Below are positions 49,601 to 51,169 of a stretch of DNA of 51,169 nt, in pieces. Numbering within the stretch: position 1 is the stretch's first letter; each line of letters begins with the position of its first letter. The stretch is from Bacteroidales bacterium. Lineage in GTDB: Bacteria; Bacteroidota; Bacteroidia; Bacteroidales; JBEPYD01. The stretch lies in assembly GCA_041641575.1 (NCBI GenBank), contig JBEPYD010000003.1:1-51169 (forward strand), read 5' to 3'. A program made the position numbers and the translations under genes. The notes under the pieces were generated by a model. It was not told where the DNA came from and searched no databases. It saw only the letters and a list, made by a program, of their open reading frames with translations.

Positions 49601-51103
49601 CGGGTACTGGTAACCGTGAACGGACAGGTAGATGCCATGCGAAATCCCCTGGTAGTAATTGGCAAATACCTGGTACGTGCAGCCATGGGGGTTCGCAGTA
49701 TTTCTATTTCCTATTCTGAAACAGAAGGTACCATGTTACCGGGTTACCTGCCCAAAACCACTGTTTTTGGTATGCAAAATTACCAGAATAACTGGGCTCC
49801 GGGTATACCATTTATCATGGGATGGCAGGATGAAGACTTTCCATACCGTGCGGCCAATGAAAATAACTGGCTGACCACGGATTCCCTGCTCACCTCGCCC
49901 GTGCTGATGACACATAATGAAAATTTCAATCTGCGGGCCAACATAGAACCGCTGCCCGACCTGCGTATTGACCTGAACGCAAGCCGTACTTTTTCAAGAA
50001 ATGTGAGTGAATATTTCGGATATAATACAGGCACAGGAGAAACAGAATTTGACAGCCGTATCATCAACGGAAATTTCAGCATGTCAACCATAACCGTACG
50101 CACGGCATTCGAGAACAGCAATGCAGAAAACAACTACTCTTCAGAAGCTTTTAACAACTTTAAGGAGTACCGAAAAATAATTTCCGACAGGCTGGCGCGT
50201 GAACGTGTGGAAGTGGATCCCACTTATAATCCAAATGCCTTTTTTGATCCGGAATTAGGAGAATTTGTACCTGCTGAGGCAGGATATAACGATGGCTACG
50301 GACCTACCTCGTCACAGGTATTGATACCCGCTTTTCTGGCTGCTTATACCGGATTTGATCCTGAAAATATCAGCACCGAAACCTTCCCGGACATTTTATC
50401 CGTTTTGCCTAACTGGCGGGTTTCATACGATGGCTTATCAAAGATACCTTTTGTAAAAAAATACCTGCGCTCCCTAACCATGGGGCATGCATACCGATCC
50501 TCATACAACATAGGCAGCTATACATCCAATCCGAATTTTGATCCGCAAATTGATGATCCGATCAGTTTTATCCGTGATGAATATCAGAATAATTTCCTCA
50601 CCCAGTATCAGATCAATGTGGTTTCGATAACTGAACAATTCAGCCCGCTTATTAATTTTGACATGGCATGGCACAATAGCCTTACCACCAGAATAGAATT
50701 TAAGCAATCGAGAAATTTATCCCTCAGCTTTGCCAATAATCAGTTAACAGAAATTACCAGCAAAGAATATGTGATTAGTGCCGGTTACCGGTTTAACGAG
50801 GTGCCTATCGTTATCAGAACGGGTGGTGGCGAAAGAGCTTTTGAAAGTGATCTGAATATACGCGCTGATTTGTCTATCAGGGACAATAAAACCATTCTGC
50901 GTAAACTGGTAGAGGATTTTGATGATATTACGGCAGGACAAAGGATCGTAACCATTAAATTTACTGCGGATTATATGTTATCCGACAGGTTTAACCTTCG
51001 GTTTTTCTTTGATAGGGTTGTAAATGACCCGTTTGTGCTTCGGTCCTTCCCCACTGCAAACACCAATGTAGGTTTTAGTGTTCGATTTACACTTGCTGAG
51101 TAG
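43628..51103 (+). CDS. sprA: Cell-surface gliding motility protein SprA (type IX secretion system outer-membrane translocon)
   Basis: 2491-aa single ORF with an N-terminal signal peptide. Its size and many conserved blocks are characteristic of Bacteroidota SprA (e.g. GNVNLPLTGSLITGSQSLFGLKTELQFGKLT). Beta-rich C-terminus ends ..VGFSVRFTLAE. TTG is the only canonical start after the upstream in-frame stop at 43613-43615. Confidence 0.93.
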   Translation: MKRSAKYPKSGIAFLSFLTTIVLSLGNSFFIPVLAFTVAAPQLPPDTSDLRYPFEDTEAFPYGETESTSPLMLDDPSNIESSVEYNPETGEYEFRRRIGAFDYRPPVTMSLEEYREYQMNKAIREYWRQQAQTRGQIEGDEGLIPSINFGGEAFDKIFGSNTIDITPQGSAELVFGYNMSRIDNPNISERLRKTPSFTFEEKIQMNLTGSIGDKMNLGINYNTEATFDFENRTKLEYEGDEDEIIKKIEAGNVNLPLTGSLITGSQSLFGLKTELQFGKLTMTSVFSQQKGETSVIEVAGGAQVNEYEVRADEYDANKHFFLSHYFKDTYNRATSNLPVINSGINITRIEVWITNRSSNFDDARNIVALTDLGEAGDNVYNDNIPASGGAPYPRNVANELYSTVTGNAGIRNVNEASNILNGLYGGMRIGYEFEKIENAQQLNPREYELNERLGYISLNRALNADEVLAVAYQYTLNGRTYQVGEFSTDGVSAPDALLVKLLKGTNLSPRVPTWELMMKNIYAIGAYQIDQTEFVLDVLYENDETGTAINYIPEEQVSKDLLLTIMNLDNVNSQLDPYPDGVFDYIQGITVYPSNGRIIFPVLEPFGEGLKDYFESKNVPQEIQEKYLFMELYDSTQTQAEQIADKNKFLIAGTYRSSVSSEIPLNAMNVPQGSVVVSAGGVTLQENIDYTVDYTLGRVKIINQGLLESGTPIRISLESNSLFAIQTKTLVGTHLNYQFSDKFNVGATVLNLTERPLTQKVNIGDEPISNTIWGLNSSYETESQFLTTLIDKIPLIETKETSLLTFDGEFAQLIPGSSKAIGKDGVSYIDDFEGSETSIELKSFPAWNLASAPRGENQNLFPEAEISNSHVYGLNRAKLAWYVIDPLFLRNNSLTPGHIKSNADAQSSHFVREILERELFPNRESPNNIPTNLAVLNVAYYPTEKGPYNYDVTGGPYSAGINEEGLLREPEERWGGMMREIQTNDFEAANVEYIEFWLMNPFVEDSSHSGGDLYFNLGDVSEDILRDGRKAFENGLPVPGEPDLVDTTAWGRVPIKQSLVNAFDTDPQSREFQDVGYDGLSDNQELDFFNWYLDSIAALYGTSSDAYQKALEDPSNDNFNYFRDSDYDRQGLSILERYKNFNDPDGNSPTDQQSDESYPTSGTTLPDLEDINLDNTLSEGENYFQYRVSLRPEDLEVGQNFIVDKVTPSVEFENGEKSSVEWFQFRIPISEYEKTVGSIQDFQSIRFMRMFLTEFSDSVILRFATLELVRGEWRKYNLPLQTVNEGPANPQPSEGNFEVSAVNIEENSDKDPVNYVLPPGIDRVIDPTNPQLRQLNEQAMVLRVQDLPDNDARAVFKNVGLDMRQYQKLQMEIHGEEIPGTNLQDGDLSVFIRLGTDYKDNYYEYEIPLVVTPPGDYNNDNGADRRAVWPEENRMDIALSLFQQVKQARNDAMRREGSTVNFNTVYQMQIDIGEVLASVRISGNPNLSNVRTIMLGVRNPGDRRNPYPNDNMPKSGEIWFNELRLTDFNDNGGWAANARATARLADFGSLTMAGSISTPGFGSIEKKVNERSVEEMISYDITTNLELGKFFPEESGVSIPTYIGYSETFINPQYNPLDPDIPLKAALENLDTEAERDSLRNIAQDYTRRKSLNFTNVKINKQGNEKAQIYDISNWAATYSYNETFMRNIKTEYNTLRKYRGALSYNFSTRPKNIAPLNKVGFLNKPVFSLIRDFNFYYYPSNISFRTDLNRQYNEIKLRNLNNPDIRIEPTVRKDFTWNRYYDLKFDLTKSLKFDFSATNIARIDEPLGPMDKRRDDYEAKRDSIIDELMGFGRTINYQHSFNVSYNVPINKIPGLKWTSLNTRYNGTYAWDAGPITADTIQLGNAIKNSNSLQLNGQLNFQTLYGKVGFLKKIEQETSGRQQNQEQPKKTVTYERRLFNLEPGDTKSISHRLGTEDIEVIVTTEDGREIEGDIEIRSENRVYFTAADSAERVLVTVNGQVDAMRNPLVVIGKYLVRAAMGVRSISISYSETEGTMLPGYLPKTTVFGMQNYQNNWAPGIPFIMGWQDEDFPYRAANENNWLTTDSLLTSPVLMTHNENFNLRANIEPLPDLRIDLNASRTFSRNVSEYFGYNTGTGETEFDSRIINGNFSMSTITVRTAFENSNAENNYSSEAFNNFKEYRKIISDRLARERVEVDPTYNPNAFFDPELGEFVPAEAGYNDGYGPTSSQVLIPAFLAAYTGFDPENISTETFPDILSVLPNWRVSYDGLSKIPFVKKYLRSLTMGHAYRSSYNIGSYTSNPNFDPQIDDPISFIRDEYQNNFLTQYQINVVSITEQFSPLINFDMAWHNSLTTRIEFKQSRNLSLSFANNQLTEITSKEYVISAGYRFNEVPIVIRTGGGERAFESDLNIRADLSIRDNKTILRKLVEDFDDITAGQRIVTIKFTADYMLSDRFNLRFFFDRVVNDPFVLRSFPTANTNVGFSVRFTLAE

Positions 51104-51169
51104 CTTGATTTTTCCAATTTTTGTGTATTTTTGAATTGTTAATCTTACATTCTTTAATTCTTTTATTAT

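Overview
This is a 51 kb chromosomal window from a Bacteroidota-type genome. The phylum call rests on the giant SprA/T9SS translocon gene, a TonB-dependent receptor with an N-terminal carboxypeptidase-regulatory-like domain, a secY-map-infA-rpmJ order without adk, and mostly Shine-Dalgarno-free leaders. Nearly all of it is tightly packed intact coding sequence. I saw no rRNA, tRNA, CRISPR array, transposase or integrase. Layout: (1) 1-5.3 kb holds the 3' end of the ribosomal protein/alpha operon (secY partial, map, infA, rpmJ, rpsM, rpsK, rpsD, rpoA, rplQ). (2) 5.4-16 kb holds core metabolism (eno, citrate synthase, UbiD-family decarboxylase, tkt), interrupted by a 1107-aa beta-propeller sensor fused to a PP2C/SpoIIE phosphatase. 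(3) 16-23 kb holds sensing and envelope genes: hemerythrin, DUF985 cupin, secreted vWA protein, an ECF sigma/anti-sigma-like/Spy-like trio, and a hybrid histidine kinase. (4) 22.9-30 kb is a minus-strand stress block containing the most notable system, a family-1 encapsulin shell gene preceded by an encapsulated-ferritin (EncFtn) cargo with a C-terminal GSLGIGK targeting tail. That pair sits at the 3' end of a same-strand string usp-mscS-mlaE-mlaF-mlaD. Upstream of the string is a YtxH/DUF1469/small-protein trio that resembles E. coli yqjD-yqjE-yqjK. (5) 30-38 kb holds two convergent AI-2E-family permeases, two hypothetical exported proteins, an orphan sigma-54 response regulator, and a TonB-dependent receptor plus lipoprotein pair. 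(6) 38.7-51.1 kb holds pepA, pdxA, lnt, ruvA and a 2491-aa sprA. All family calls come from motif and sequence recognition by eye; no database search was run.
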